NCBI GenBank assembly: GCA_038883775.1
Contig: JAVZLM010000004.1
Span: 1 to 64,000, forward strand
Reading direction: 5' to 3'
Origin: Candidatus Bathyarchaeia archaeon
GTDB taxonomy: Archaea > Thermoproteota > Bathyarchaeia > Bathyarchaeales > Bathycorpusculaceae
DNA: 64,000 bases
A program made the translations under genes and the position numbers. Shown one piece after another: positions 8,554 to 19,033 of the stretch. The notes under the pieces were generated by a model, which had not been told where the DNA came from, made no database searches, and was given only the letters and a program-made list of their open reading frames with translations. Position 1 is the first letter of the stretch, and each line of letters opens with the position of its first letter.

Positions 8554-9335
8554 GTAAAATTATGATTAAACAAAATTTTTCCTCAAACAAAAACTGGCTT
8601 AAACATGAAATTTTTTCAAAAACTTGCATTCCGCCAGAAACCCCATTTTTCCTAAGAATGGATGGCTGGAAATTTAAGAAACTTTCTGAAATCGTAAAAG
8701 CCGAAAAACCCTTTGACAAGGAATTTGCAAAATGCCTCGTTTCCTCTGGAAAAACTATCTTTAAAGAAGGATTTAATCCAGCTTTGATTTACGTGGTTAG
8801 CGATGAACTGAACATTTTATTTCTTGATGCTGTGCCTTTCCGCGGAAGAATTGAGAAAGTAAATTCTGTCCTTGCCAGTTTAATTTCAAGCGCCTTTACC
8901 ATATGCCTCAAAAAAGGAAAAATTGCCGCCTTTGATTCTCGTGTTGTTGTAACCGCGAATGATGAGAAGATTATTGAATATTTGGCTTGGAGGCAAATGA
9001 ATGCTTGGAGAAACCATAATAACGCTTACGCCTATTGGGTTTTAAGAAAAATTGGATATAAACCATCAGAAATTTCTAAAAAACTTAGGGGATTAAAGAC
9101 CCAAGAGCTTCATCAGCTAATGTTTGAGCATGGCATAAACCTATCAAAAACTCCTCAGTGGCAGAGGAGAGGAATTCTATTATACAAACAACCCTTCATA
9201 AAGAAAAGCCATAACCAAGTTGTGAAAAGGTGGAAAATAAATGAAGAATGGGACTTGCCGCTTTTCACGGCGAGAGAAGGAATAAAACTAATCAGAGAGC
9301 TTCTAGAATTGGCAAGGCAGAAGAGGAAAGAATAA
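8547..9335 (+). CDS. thg1: tRNA(His) guanylyltransferase Thg1-like protein
   Basis: RMDGWKF, KPFD, SDE, FDSR, WRQ, RRG motifs. Confidence 0.9.
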   Translation: MLSKIMIKQNFSSNKNWLKHEIFSKTCIPPETPFFLRMDGWKFKKLSEIVKAEKPFDKEFAKCLVSSGKTIFKEGFNPALIYVVSDELNILFLDAVPFRGRIEKVNSVLASLISSAFTICLKKGKIAAFDSRVVVTANDEKIIEYLAWRQMNAWRNHNNAYAYWVLRKIGYKPSEISKKLRGLKTQELHQLMFEHGINLSKTPQWQRRGILLYKQPFIKKSHNQVVKRWKINEEWDLPLFTAREGIKLIRELLELARQKRKE

Positions 9336-10175
9336 TTGGTTGGACAAGAGAAAATTCAGGATTTAAACCAAAGGCTTTCAGAATTAGAAGAACAAAAAAG
9401 AGAATTCACAGCGAAAGCAAAGGAATTGGCGGAAAAAAGAGATGGGTTAAATAAGCAGTTTAAGACTTTGCGGGCTGAAATAGTTAAGCTCAAAAGCGAA
9501 AGGGACAAATTAAATGAAAATGTCAAAGAGTTAAAAAAGCAAAGAGATGGAACCAAAATAGAAATTAGAGAAAAAATTGCTGAGCTAAAAAAGGTAAACC
9601 AAGAAATTAAAGCCTTAAATGAGAAAAAGCCTTCGAAAAGTCTTCAAACATTACAAAAAGAGTTTGACAGCATTGAATGGAAGATTCAAACATCATCCTT
9701 AAGCCTAAAAGACGAAAAGAAACTCATAGAACAAGTTAAACAATTGGAAATCCAAATTAACATATACAAAAAACTTGAACAGCTAAAACAGAAAAGTGTT
9801 GAACTAAAGGCTGAACTTAAAGCCCTTCAAACCAAAAGTAAAATATTTCATGAAAAACTAACGGAGACAGCGCAAACAAGCCAGAAAATTCATGAGCAGA
9901 TGCTGAAAAAAATTGAAGAGTTAAAGCGAGTGAAAATTGAGGCTGACGAATTCCACAAGCTCTTTTTGTCGGAAAAAGAAAAAATTGAGCCCATTCAAGA
10001 AGAGATTTCGAAAATTTCAAACCAAATAAAAATGTTAAGGGAGGAAGAAAGAAAGAAAACAGAGGAAAGTCTCCGCGAAAAACTCGAGAGACAGGCGAGG
10101 GAGAAGTTGAAGCGTGGCGAAAAACTGACATGGGAGGAGTTTCAACTTCTTGCGGAAAAAGGGATGGAAGCATAA
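9336..10175 (+). CDS. Archaeal coiled-coil protein
   Basis: K/E-rich heptads, IEWKIQTSSLSL and C-terminal GEKLTWEEF. Confidence 0.75.
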   Translation: MVGQEKIQDLNQRLSELEEQKREFTAKAKELAEKRDGLNKQFKTLRAEIVKLKSERDKLNENVKELKKQRDGTKIEIREKIAELKKVNQEIKALNEKKPSKSLQTLQKEFDSIEWKIQTSSLSLKDEKKLIEQVKQLEIQINIYKKLEQLKQKSVELKAELKALQTKSKIFHEKLTETAQTSQKIHEQMLKKIEELKRVKIEADEFHKLFLSEKEKIEPIQEEISKISNQIKMLREEERKKTEESLREKLERQAREKLKRGEKLTWEEFQLLAEKGMEA

Positions 10176-10221
10176 GATTAAAGTGAGTCTACATAAATAA
10201 TAGTGAGGAACAGAGGGCTGT

Positions 10222-11409
10222 ATGGCTAAAGAAGAAACCGCCGAAAAACAGGAAAAAAGAATACTCATTTTATGCGTTGACAGGGATGGCGATTTAGGGA
10301 CAAAGGCTGAAATAAAAACCCCAATTGTCGGCAGAGAAGCAAATCTAAACGCTGCAGTAGCCCTAGCCCTCCGAGACCCAGAAGAACCCGACGCAAACGC
10401 CATGTTTGAGGCAGTCCGCGTTTATGACCGCCTAAAAAGTGAAGGCAAACCAGAAGAAATTTTTGAAATAGCAACTATATCTGGTTCTGAACTTGGCGGG
10501 GTTGGCGCGGATAGAAAAATTGTGGCTGAACTTAGCGAATTGTTGAGTTCTTTTTCGGCTAATGAAGTTATTCTGGTTACTGATGGCTATTCAGATGAAG
10601 CTGTTTTACCCCTTGTGGAGTCAAGGGTTCCAGTTTCTTCTGTTAGGCGAATAGTCGTAAAACACAGCGAATCCATCGAAGAGACAGCCGCCATTTTTAC
10701 ACGATACTTAAAAATGATAATGGAAAATCCGCGTTATTCCCGCATAGCCTTAGGCTTGCCAGGGCTGCTTTTATTAATTTTGGGAGTTTTATCAATTTTT
10801 AACTTGCTTTATTATTATTGGGTGGCTTTCATTTTTGTTTTCAGCGGTTTTCTGCTTGTGAAAGGCTTTGGCGTTGACAAAACCGTCAAAAACTTTTACC
10901 AGTGGATGAAAGAATATTCCCCACCACCTCTTCAAGTGCAAGTTTCAAATTATTCAACCATCGCTGGGGCTTTATGCGTATTTGTTGGCATATACCTAGG
11001 ATGGGTAAGCGTTTCAACAAGTATTCCAGCGCAAGCAGATTTGACGGCTTGGCTTAGCATTTTACCCCAAATTTTCGGCTACTTTATAAGAGGTTCCATA
11101 GACCTAATGGTTGTGGGCATTTGCGTTGCTTTGGTTGGTAGAGCCATCCGATGGTATATGGAACGCGACGCTAAATTGTTAAGAAACGCTGCTCTTATAG
11201 TCACCATTGCATGGTCAAGATGGATTCTTGAAGGAACTTCTGCTGTGCTAATTAAGCCTGAAATGGGATATGAGAGGCTAATTTTCTCCATTATTGTTGG
11301 TGTTTTAATAGGCATAGCCTCTGTTTTAGTAATATTCGTTGTCCACAGGTCTGCGAGAGAGTTCTTTAAAGAGACAAAAGAGCAGGCTGAAGAATTTGGA
11401 GAAGGCTAA
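10222..11409 (+). CDS. DUF373 family membrane protein
   Basis: LCVDRDGDLG..DPEEPDANAMF, VTDGYSDE; C-terminal TMs. Confidence 0.85.
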   Translation: MAKEETAEKQEKRILILCVDRDGDLGTKAEIKTPIVGREANLNAAVALALRDPEEPDANAMFEAVRVYDRLKSEGKPEEIFEIATISGSELGGVGADRKIVAELSELLSSFSANEVILVTDGYSDEAVLPLVESRVPVSSVRRIVVKHSESIEETAAIFTRYLKMIMENPRYSRIALGLPGLLLLILGVLSIFNLLYYYWVAFIFVFSGFLLVKGFGVDKTVKNFYQWMKEYSPPPLQVQVSNYSTIAGALCVFVGIYLGWVSVSTSIPAQADLTAWLSILPQIFGYFIRGSIDLMVVGICVALVGRAIRWYMERDAKLLRNAALIVTIAWSRWILEGTSAVLIKPEMGYERLIFSIIVGVLIGIASVLVIFVVHRSAREFFKETKEQAEEFGEG

Positions 11410-12187
11410 AATAGCGGTTATTGGCGGAACAGGCTTCGAAAAACTGTTTAAGAACACCGAACAAATACGTTTAGGAACACCTTACGGGATTGCTCCACCA
11501 ATCACTTTTGGGAGAATAGAGGATAAGGAAGTGGTTTTTCTTCCTAGGCATGGTCCAGACCATTCCACTCCGCCACATAAGATAAATTATAGAGCGAACG
11601 TTTACGCGTTATACGAATTAAATGTTAAGCGAATTGTAGCAGTAAATGCTGTAGGCGCCATAAATAATAATTTTAAGCCAGGCGACATAGTTATTCCCCA
11701 CGATTTTATCGACTTCACGAAACTTCGCATAACAACATTTTATGATGAATCTCCCGTAACGCATATTGATGTTTCTCAGCCATACTGTCCAGAAATCCGC
11801 AAATTCCTGATTGAAAATGCGAAAAAGTTTGGAAGGCGTGTGTGGGATAAGGCTGTTTTGGCTTGCACTGAGGGTCCGCGGTTTGAAACTCCAGCGGAAA
11901 TTGAGATGTTTAGGCGTTTGGGTTGTGATATTGTTGGAATGACTGGTGTTCCAGAGGCGGTTTTGGCTAGGGAATTGGAAATTTGTTATGCCACTGTTTG
12001 TTTTGTTTCGAATATGGCTGCTGGCATGCAAGAGCGGCTAACGCCACTAGAAGTTTCAGAAGTTTCCAAGGAAATAACGCCTATCATGGAACAAGTTTTA
12101 ATTGAAACTGTAAGGGCATTACCCATTCAACGGAGCGGCAACTGTCCATGCGTTGATGCTCTTAAAAATGCGAGGTTTAGAGGATGA
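11396..12187 (+). CDS. mtnP: 5'-methylthioadenosine/purine nucleoside phosphorylase
   Basis: IGGTG, LPRHG, EGPRFETPAE, VGMT motifs; start placed at TTG 11396. Confidence 0.9.
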   Translation: MEKAKIAVIGGTGFEKLFKNTEQIRLGTPYGIAPPITFGRIEDKEVVFLPRHGPDHSTPPHKINYRANVYALYELNVKRIVAVNAVGAINNNFKPGDIVIPHDFIDFTKLRITTFYDESPVTHIDVSQPYCPEIRKFLIENAKKFGRRVWDKAVLACTEGPRFETPAEIEMFRRLGCDIVGMTGVPEAVLARELEICYATVCFVSNMAAGMQERLTPLEVSEVSKEITPIMEQVLIETVRALPIQRSGNCPCVDALKNARFRG

Positions 12188-12966
12188 TTAAGGCTTTTCT
12201 CTCATTAATTGGCGCATATAAAGTCTATGAGAAGTGGCTTTGGCATCAAATAAAAAACGGCGGCAAACCAGAACACATAGCAATAATTTTGGATGGAAAC
12301 AGAAGATGGGCTTCTGAAAAGGCTCTTGAACCATGGTTTGGCCACGAAAAAGGCGCCGAAAAGGTTGAGCAACTCCTCGATTGGTGTCTGAAGTTGAATG
12401 TTAAGTCCATAACGCTGTACGCTTTTTCCACAGAAAATTTCAACCGCCCAAAGGCTGAAGTTGAAGAAATCATGCGAATCGCCGAAGAAGAATTTCGCAA
12501 AATCTTAACCGACGAGCGCATCCACAAAAACAGGGTGCGCTTAAAAGTCATTGGCAGAGTGAACTTACTGCCAGAAAGCCTACAGCAACTTGTGAGGGAT
12601 GTGGAGAAGGCAACACAGAATTACAATGAACACTTTTTGAATATTGCCTTTGCCTATGGGGGACGGGCTGAAATTGTTGATGCTGCAAGAAAAATTGCAG
12701 AAAACGTTCAATCGGGCAAGCTTGATGTGCAAAATATTGATGAGGGCTTATTTGAAAAATACCTTTACACTTCCCACATGCCAAAGCAAGACCCAGACCT
12801 CATTATTAGAACTTCTGGAGAAGAAAGACTAAGCGGCTTCCTATTGTGGCAGTCCGCCTACAGCGAATTATGCTTTTTAGATGTTTACTGGCCAGATTTT
12901 CGTTTAATAGACCTCTTAAGGGCCGTTAGAACCTTTCAGAAGCGGAAGCGCCGTTTCGGCGCATAA
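12184..12966 (+). CDS. uppS: cis-prenyltransferase (undecaprenyl diphosphate synthase family)
   Basis: HIAIILDGNRRWA, FSTEN, IRTSGEERLSGFLLWQ, RRFG. Confidence 0.95.
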   Translation: MIKAFLSLIGAYKVYEKWLWHQIKNGGKPEHIAIILDGNRRWASEKALEPWFGHEKGAEKVEQLLDWCLKLNVKSITLYAFSTENFNRPKAEVEEIMRIAEEEFRKILTDERIHKNRVRLKVIGRVNLLPESLQQLVRDVEKATQNYNEHFLNIAFAYGGRAEIVDAARKIAENVQSGKLDVQNIDEGLFEKYLYTSHMPKQDPDLIIRTSGEERLSGFLLWQSAYSELCFLDVYWPDFRLIDLLRAVRTFQKRKRRFGA

Positions 12967-12973
12967 AGCGTGT

Positions 12974-14212
12974 TTAGGCTCTTTTTTTGGCGCTGACTAT
13001 TGAGATGACATCCCTATCTTTTAAGATGTAGTCTTCGCCAACCCGTTTTCTTTCTCTGGCTTCCACCGCGTAAATGAAAGTTTCTCCAAGTTCTGTGTGA
13101 ATTAGGTAGGCGAGTTGGCGGGCTGTCGTTCCATATGGAACAAGATAAGCGTCGGGCAAAACTCTTCCGTTATGGTCTGAAAGATGCTCTAAGTCTTCTA
13201 CTGGGTAGACTGTTATCATGTTTAGAAGCTTTGAATAAGCCATGTTTATGGCTTCCTGGACACCTGTTGACCCATGTTTTAGAAGGATTTTCTCCCTTAT
13301 GGTTTCTAATGCCTTAATTTGGCTTTCTGTTAGTTTTTCCGGATGCGTTATCTTAAAATTGCAGTCTCCCGGCGTATATTCTATGAATTGTTTTTCTGCT
13401 GCTCTTCTTAGGGCTAGTTCTGCCTCTGCGCAGCATGGAACAACTACATAATTTAGTTTTTTCAGTCTTTCCAGGTTTTCTTCGGCTTGGGGGATGTCTA
13501 TTTTGTTTGCTGCTATTAGCATGGGTTTGGCAATCTGCCTCAGCGTGTCAACAAATTTTATAAAATCTTCTTCGCTCCATTGAGTTGGTTTTTCGGCGTT
13601 TAACCCAGCCTTTCTCACTGCTTCGAAAATTTGGCTTCTTTTTATGGCTAAACCGCTCAGTCTTTCCTCCAACATTGCGTAAAGGTCTTTTGTTTCTGAT
13701 TCGGCGGTTCTTGCGATTTTTGGCCAATCCCTCTTTAGAATGTTTGCCATCCACATGGTTATTTCCCGCTCTAAGAAGCGCACGTCTTCTATTGGGTCAT
13801 GTTCGCCGGGCTTGCAGAGTCTCCCTTCAGAATCTGTTCCTCCAGAAGCATCAACAATATGGATTAGGGCGTCAGCCTTCCTAATCTCATCCAAAAACTG
13901 ATTTCCTAAGCCTCTCCCTTGCCATGCGCCGGGCACAAGGCCAGCACAGTCTATAAATTCTACGGGTATTAGGCGTACTCCGTTTAGGCATACGGAATTA
14001 ACAGGATTATCTTGAACACCGAATTCTTCATGAACGCATGGCGTACGAACATAACCAACGCCTCTGTTAGGCTTAATAGTTGTAAAAGGATAATTTGCAA
14101 TTTCAGCCGGTGCAAGGGTTGCTGCGCTGAAAAAGGTGGATTTTCCAGTGTTAGGTTTCCCAACAATGCCAAGTAGTCTTGCGTAAGATTTTTGCATTTT
14201 AATTCCTAACAA
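12974..14212 (-). CDS. ychF: YchF/OLA1-like translation-associated GTPase with TGS domain
   Basis: GKPNTGKST, YPFTT, GLGNQFL, NKID, C-terminal TGS. Confidence 0.88.
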   Translation of the reverse strand: MLGIKMQKSYARLLGIVGKPNTGKSTFFSAATLAPAEIANYPFTTIKPNRGVGYVRTPCVHEEFGVQDNPVNSVCLNGVRLIPVEFIDCAGLVPGAWQGRGLGNQFLDEIRKADALIHIVDASGGTDSEGRLCKPGEHDPIEDVRFLEREITMWMANILKRDWPKIARTAESETKDLYAMLEERLSGLAIKRSQIFEAVRKAGLNAEKPTQWSEEDFIKFVDTLRQIAKPMLIAANKIDIPQAEENLERLKKLNYVVVPCCAEAELALRRAAEKQFIEYTPGDCNFKITHPEKLTESQIKALETIREKILLKHGSTGVQEAINMAYSKLLNMITVYPVEDLEHLSDHNGRVLPDAYLVPYGTTARQLAYLIHTELGETFIYAVEARERKRVGEDYILKDRDVISIVSAKKRA

Positions 14213-14254
14213 TTATTTGTTAAGATGATTGTATATGTTTTTAGATGTTTTCAA

Positions 14255-14647
14255 TCAAGTTTTCATCAGTTTCGATTTCTTAAGGTATAGATAAAGTATG
14301 GATATTACTGGCACGACAAACCCTAAAGCTGCAGTATATTGAATTGTAAAGCCCCATATGTCAAAAACTATGGTTGCAATACTTGCCAAGATTATACCCC
14401 AAAATCCCCATTTTCGCCTCATCAAAAGACCAAAGGCTGCGATAAATCCACAGATCCCCAACAACAAAAACATTACAAACATCACCAGAGATGTTTCATA
14501 TGAAATGGGCACATCCAAAAATTGACCCATCCCTCCAGGTGTGCCAGCGATTGCAAAGAAAAGTCTGCCAAGAGATTGCACTAACCACAGAATGTATATA
14601 AGAAGAGTTCCACTTTTCTCACTCACCATACTTATCAACTTTCCCAA
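14255..14647 (-). CDS. Small membrane protein
   Basis: Four hydrophobic segments. Confidence 0.6.
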   Translation of the reverse strand: MGKLISMVSEKSGTLLIYILWLVQSLGRLFFAIAGTPGGMGQFLDVPISYETSLVMFVMFLLLGICGFIAAFGLLMRRKWGFWGIILASIATIVFDIWGFTIQYTAALGFVVPVISILYLYLKKSKLMKT

Positions 14648-15098
14648 GTTGAGTTGCTATTTTCTCTCCAAATTCTTTGCATTTCGAAAGTTCGCCTTCC
14701 ACAATGGGACTTTTCATTCCTTGAACCTTTATCGATAAGCCTGGGGCTATTTGTTTCAATTCCGGAACTTTTTCGCTTATTCTTCTCTCCATCTTCTTTA
14801 CTGCTTTTTCAAAATCTTTTCCAAGGTAAGTGTCAAAAACGGCAAACATTTTTCCTTCCAAATGCAAGCTGCCAAGTTTGTCAATAAAGCCTTTAATTCC
14901 TCTCGTTGGTCCGCCCATATGATTTGGAGATCCTATAAGAATAACATCATAGTCGGCAACTTCTTTGAGGTTGACTTCTTTAAGTTCTTCAATTGAAACT
15001 TCTATTCCTCCAACCTTTTTCATACTTTCTAAAATGGTTTCTGCTACACGTTTGGTATTACCGTACTTCGACTCATAGACAATAACTACTTTCACCAT
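14619..15098 (-). CDS. Flavodoxin family protein
   Basis: VYESKYGNTKRVA, IGSP motifs. Confidence 0.88.
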   Translation of the reverse strand: MVKVVIVYESKYGNTKRVAETILESMKKVGGIEVSIEELKEVNLKEVADYDVILIGSPNHMGGPTRGIKGFIDKLGSLHLEGKMFAVFDTYLGKDFEKAVKKMERRISEKVPELKQIAPGLSIKVQGMKSPIVEGELSKCKEFGEKIATQLGKVDKYGE

Positions 15099-15280
15099 GC
15101 AATAACCACATTACATTGTCTTCTGTTTTAGTTTTAAGATTTGTTATGCGCGCCAATGCTGCAGAAGATTTTGTGATTGGAAACATATTCCAAGGCGATT
15201 TTAATTTTTCTCAATAACAAAATAATATAAGAGTATGCGTTTATAGAAAGCACGATGATTCCTTAAAAAGAGGGAACAGA

Positions 15281-16246
15281 TTGACATTAAACTTGACCAA
15301 AGATAAGCTTGTGTATATGTTTAGGAAGATGCTTGAGATTCGACTCTTTGAAGAGAAAGTCTTTGACTTATATGCTCAGAATCTTGTTCCTGGAACAATT
15401 CATCTTTATGCTGGTGAGGAAGCAGTTGCTGTTGGCGTTTGCAGTGCACTGCGCAGGGATGATTATATTACGAGTACCCATAGGGGGCATGGTCATTGTA
15501 TTGCTAAAGGTGCTGATTTGAAGAGGACTATGGCTGAGATTTTGGGTAAAGCGACTGGCTATTGTAAGGGTAAAGGCGGCTCCATGCACATTGCAGACTT
15601 CAGCATAGGCATGTTGGGCGCTACTGCTGTTGTTGGCGCTGGAATCCCAATCGCTGTCGGTGCAGCCTTATCCATAAAACTCCGAAAAACAACACAAGTT
15701 GTCGCGTGCTTCTTCGGCGAAGGCGCCTCTAACCAAGGAACTTTTCATGAAGGCATTAACATAGCTTCCGTTTGGCAGCTTCCAGTAATCTTCATCTGCG
15801 AAAACAACCTTTACGCCATGGGAACCCGCCAATCAAGAGTCATGAACATCGAAAACATTGCTGATAGAGCCGTAGCCTACGGAATTCCAGGCGCAGTTGT
15901 GGACGGTAACGATGTTTTGGCAGTTTACGAAGCCTCTGTGAAGGCTGCGGAAAGGGCGAGAAACGGCGAAGGACCAACCCTTATTGAATGTAAAACTTAT
16001 AGGCATAAGGGTCATTCGCGAGTTGACCCAGCACGATATAGACCAAAGGCTGAAGTGGAAGAGTGGTTGGCTAAAGACCCAATTAAACGTTTTAGAGAAA
16101 AGCTTCTTCAAACAAAAACCTTAACAGAAGCCGAAATCCAGCAAATTGAAAGGGAAGTTGCGGCTGAAATCGAGGAAGCCGTCAAATTTGCCATGGAAAG
16201 CCCATATCCAAAGCCAGAAGAAGCTTTAGAAGACGTTTACGCCTAA
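15281..16246 (+). CDS. TPP-dependent 2-oxoacid/acetoin dehydrogenase E1 alpha
   Basis: STHRGHGH, GKGGSMH, FGEGASNQG..ENN, TYRHKGHS. Confidence 0.92.
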   Translation: MTLNLTKDKLVYMFRKMLEIRLFEEKVFDLYAQNLVPGTIHLYAGEEAVAVGVCSALRRDDYITSTHRGHGHCIAKGADLKRTMAEILGKATGYCKGKGGSMHIADFSIGMLGATAVVGAGIPIAVGAALSIKLRKTTQVVACFFGEGASNQGTFHEGINIASVWQLPVIFICENNLYAMGTRQSRVMNIENIADRAVAYGIPGAVVDGNDVLAVYEASVKAAERARNGEGPTLIECKTYRHKGHSRVDPARYRPKAEVEEWLAKDPIKRFREKLLQTKTLTEAEIQQIEREVAAEIEEAVKFAMESPYPKPEEALEDVYA

Positions 16247-16261
16247 ACGAGGGATGGCGTT

Positions 16262-17236
16262 ATGAGAAAGATAAGTTATAGGGAAGCCCTCCGCGAAGCT
16301 TTACGCGAAGAAATGCGCCGAGACTCAACAGTTTTCCTTTTAGGTGAGGATATTGGCAGATATTGGGGTGGGGCCTTCAAAGTTACTGAAGGTTTGGCTG
16401 AAGAATTCGGCGAAGAAAGGGTTAGGGACACGCCCATATCCGAGTCAGCTATAATTGGAGTTGGCGTAGGCGCAGCTATAACTGGAATGCGTCCAGTGGC
16501 AGAAATCATGTTTGGCGATTTAACGGCTTTAGCAATGGACCAAATTGCAAATCAAGCTGCAAAAATTCGCTATATGTTCGGCGGACAGATGAAGTGCCCC
16601 CTAGTAATTCGAACACCCTTCGGGGCTGGCGTAAACATTGCCGCGCATCATTCGCAAAGCTTAGAAGCGTGGTTTATGCATGTGCCTGGTTTGTATGTGG
16701 CTGTTCCCTCAATACCCTACGATGCAAAGGGACTTTTGAAATCAGCCATTAGGGGCGACAATCCAGTCATGTTTTGTGAACACAAACTTTTGTATCCAAT
16801 TGAAGGAGAAGTTCCAGAAGAAGAGTACACTGTTCCGTTTGGAGTGGCTGACATAAAACGTGAGGGCGAAGACGCAACAATAGTGGCTACGCTTTACATG
16901 GTGCATAAAGCACTAAACGCAGCAGAAACCCTCGAAAAGGAAGGCATAAGCGTTGAAGTTGTTGACCCAAGAACATTAACGCCATTAGACAAGCAAAAAA
17001 TAATAAGTTCCGTCAAAAAAACTGGTAGAATAGTCATAGTAAGCGAAGACTGCAAGACGGCTGGCGTAAGCGCAGAAATAGCCGCAATAATAGCCGAAGA
17101 AGCCATAGACTATTTGGATGCGCCAATAAAGCGAATCGCCGAACCAGATACGCCAATACCCTTCAGCCCACCATTAGAGCACTATGTAATTCCAGATGAG
17201 AAAGCGATAATTAAAGCCGTAAAAGAAGTTGTTTAA
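16262..17236 (+). CDS. 2-oxoacid/acetoin dehydrogenase E1 beta
   Basis: DTPISE, RPVAEIMF, AHHSQS, VVDPRTL. Confidence 0.92.
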   Translation: MRKISYREALREALREEMRRDSTVFLLGEDIGRYWGGAFKVTEGLAEEFGEERVRDTPISESAIIGVGVGAAITGMRPVAEIMFGDLTALAMDQIANQAAKIRYMFGGQMKCPLVIRTPFGAGVNIAAHHSQSLEAWFMHVPGLYVAVPSIPYDAKGLLKSAIRGDNPVMFCEHKLLYPIEGEVPEEEYTVPFGVADIKREGEDATIVATLYMVHKALNAAETLEKEGISVEVVDPRTLTPLDKQKIISSVKKTGRIVIVSEDCKTAGVSAEIAAIIAEEAIDYLDAPIKRIAEPDTPIPFSPPLEHYVIPDEKAIIKAVKEVV

Positions 17237-17272
17237 TAACTATGATTTTATGTTGCACAGAACTCTGATAAT

Positions 17273-17812
17273 CTATACGTGTCCTATACAAAGTTGGTAT
17301 GTGACAATGTTTAACTTTCTGCCCCATGGCGCTTCTATTATGGCTTCCTTTATAATTTTGAAGCCATTTTTCTCGTAAAATCGTCTGGCGTGAATTTCTT
17401 CTTTTTCTGTGCTCACAAATACTTTTTTCACTCCGTTTTGTTCTAACTCTAATAGGATATGTTGCAGCATTTGGGTGCCTATTCCTTTTCTTTCATACGA
17501 CGGAAAGATTACGATTCGATCTAACTCCGTAGTGCTTTCATCTTGTTGTATGGTTTGGGCAAATCCTATTATGTCGTTGTTTTCAAATGCAAGGTAAAAT
17601 GCTGCCTTGCCTTTTATAATTGCTTTTTGTAATGTTTCTTCTGCAAAAGCTTTTTTGGCATACTCATCTGGAATGCCAAATTTAACAACATTATCTAGAT
17701 AAATTTTGCTTTTCTTGTCTTTCAAGAGTGATAGAAGCTTTCTACTGAGGGCTTTAATGTCTTCACTGTCTGCTCTTCTTATAACGACCATGATTAGAGA
17801 GGCATCCTCCAA
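17273..17812 (-). CDS. GNAT family acetyltransferase
   Basis: RKGIGT motif A and RRFYEKNGF. Confidence 0.85.
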   Translation of the reverse strand: MEDASLIMVVIRRADSEDIKALSRKLLSLLKDKKSKIYLDNVVKFGIPDEYAKKAFAEETLQKAIIKGKAAFYLAFENNDIIGFAQTIQQDESTTELDRIVIFPSYERKGIGTQMLQHILLELEQNGVKKVFVSTEKEEIHARRFYEKNGFKIIKEAIIEAPWGRKLNIVTYQLCIGHV

Positions 17813-17944
17813 TTAGCCAAATTTTATCAGGGACAGATAGCAGATACAAGGGCATTCATAAAAAGATTTTGTGAAATTAAAACTGTTTTGTAAGCGAAAA
17901 TGAAATAAGAAACAAAAGGGACATGACAACGACGGCGAATTAAC

Positions 17945-19033
17945 ATGGTTACGAAGGTTGTTATGCCAAAACTAAGCTTAACAATGAAGGAGGGAACGGT
18001 TGGCAAATGGTATAAGCGTGAAGGCGAAACTGTTGAAAAGGGCGAACCTATAGTGGAAGTGATTTCTGAAAAAGCCACTTATGACTTAGAAGCCCCAGCC
18101 TCTGGCGTTTTAAGAAAAATTTTTGTCGGAGAAGGTGTTGACGCTGCGGTAAATGCTGTTCTCGCGGTTATAACGGTTCCAGGCGAACCGTTTTCAGAAG
18201 CAGAAATTCTTCAACCGGTTGAGGAGAAGGAAAAGCCAGTTTTGGCTTCGCCAGCTGCAAAACGCTTAGCAAGGGAGCATGGCATAGACTTGTCCCTTGT
18301 TGAGGGCACTGGTCCAGAAGGAAGAATTGTGGAAGAAGATGTTAAGCGATACATTGAAAAAACAAGCCTTGTTCAGCCAAGAGTGAAGGAAATAATCCCA
18401 TTAACTGGTTTTAGGAAAACCTCTGCGGAAAGAGTCTCCATAAGCTTCAGAACTGCGCCCCACAGCACCATAATAATGGAAGTGGACGCTTCATGGGCTA
18501 GGGAAGCCTATGAGAAGTTTCATGTTTCGTACACAGCTATCATTGCTGCTGCTGTGGTAAAAGCTTTACAAGAGCATCCCATACTAAATTCGACTTTGGA
18601 AGGGGATAGGATAAAAGTTTTTGAAGATATAAATGTGGGTGTGGCTGTTGCCACTGAACAGGGTTTGGTTGTTCCAGTCATACATAATGCTGACAGAAAA
18701 TCTTTGAAGGAGATTGATGTAGCCATTAAAGATTTAACCGAGAGGGCTAGGTATGGAAAGCTCTCTAAGGAAGAGGTTAGCGGAGGAACATTCACAATAA
18801 CAAACCTCGGCATGTACGGCGTAGAATTTTTCACCCCAATAATTAATCCTCCAGAGGCTGCAATACTTGGCATGGGAAGGATAAGAGAAAAACCAGTTTT
18901 GCTTGATGGAAAAATATGCGCAAAACCCTTTATTATGTTGAGCCTTTCCTACGACCACAGAATTGTCGATGGCGCTCCAGCAGCCGAATTTTTAGGAAAA
19001 GTAAAAGAAAAAATTGAAAAAGGCTTAGTTTAG
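17945..19033 (+). CDS. Dihydrolipoamide acyltransferase E2
   Basis: Lipoyl domain (SEKAT), ASPAAKRLA subunit-binding domain, DHRIVDG catalytic motif. Confidence 0.92.
   Translation: MVTKVVMPKLSLTMKEGTVGKWYKREGETVEKGEPIVEVISEKATYDLEAPASGVLRKIFVGEGVDAAVNAVLAVITVPGEPFSEAEILQPVEEKEKPVLASPAAKRLAREHGIDLSLVEGTGPEGRIVEEDVKRYIEKTSLVQPRVKEIIPLTGFRKTSAERVSISFRTAPHSTIIMEVDASWAREAYEKFHVSYTAIIAAAVVKALQEHPILNSTLEGDRIKVFEDINVGVAVATEQGLVVPVIHNADRKSLKEIDVAIKDLTERARYGKLSKEEVSGGTFTITNLGMYGVEFFTPIINPPEAAILGMGRIREKPVLLDGKICAKPFIMLSLSYDHRIVDGAPAAEFLGKVKEKIEKGLV

Noticed and set aside
8547-9335. Pyrrolysine-type in-frame UAG in Thg1
   Set aside because: The ORF is uninterrupted
9248-10403. Overlapping alternative ORFs here and across most genes in the track
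   Set aside because: Shadow frames of well-supported genes with no independent motifs
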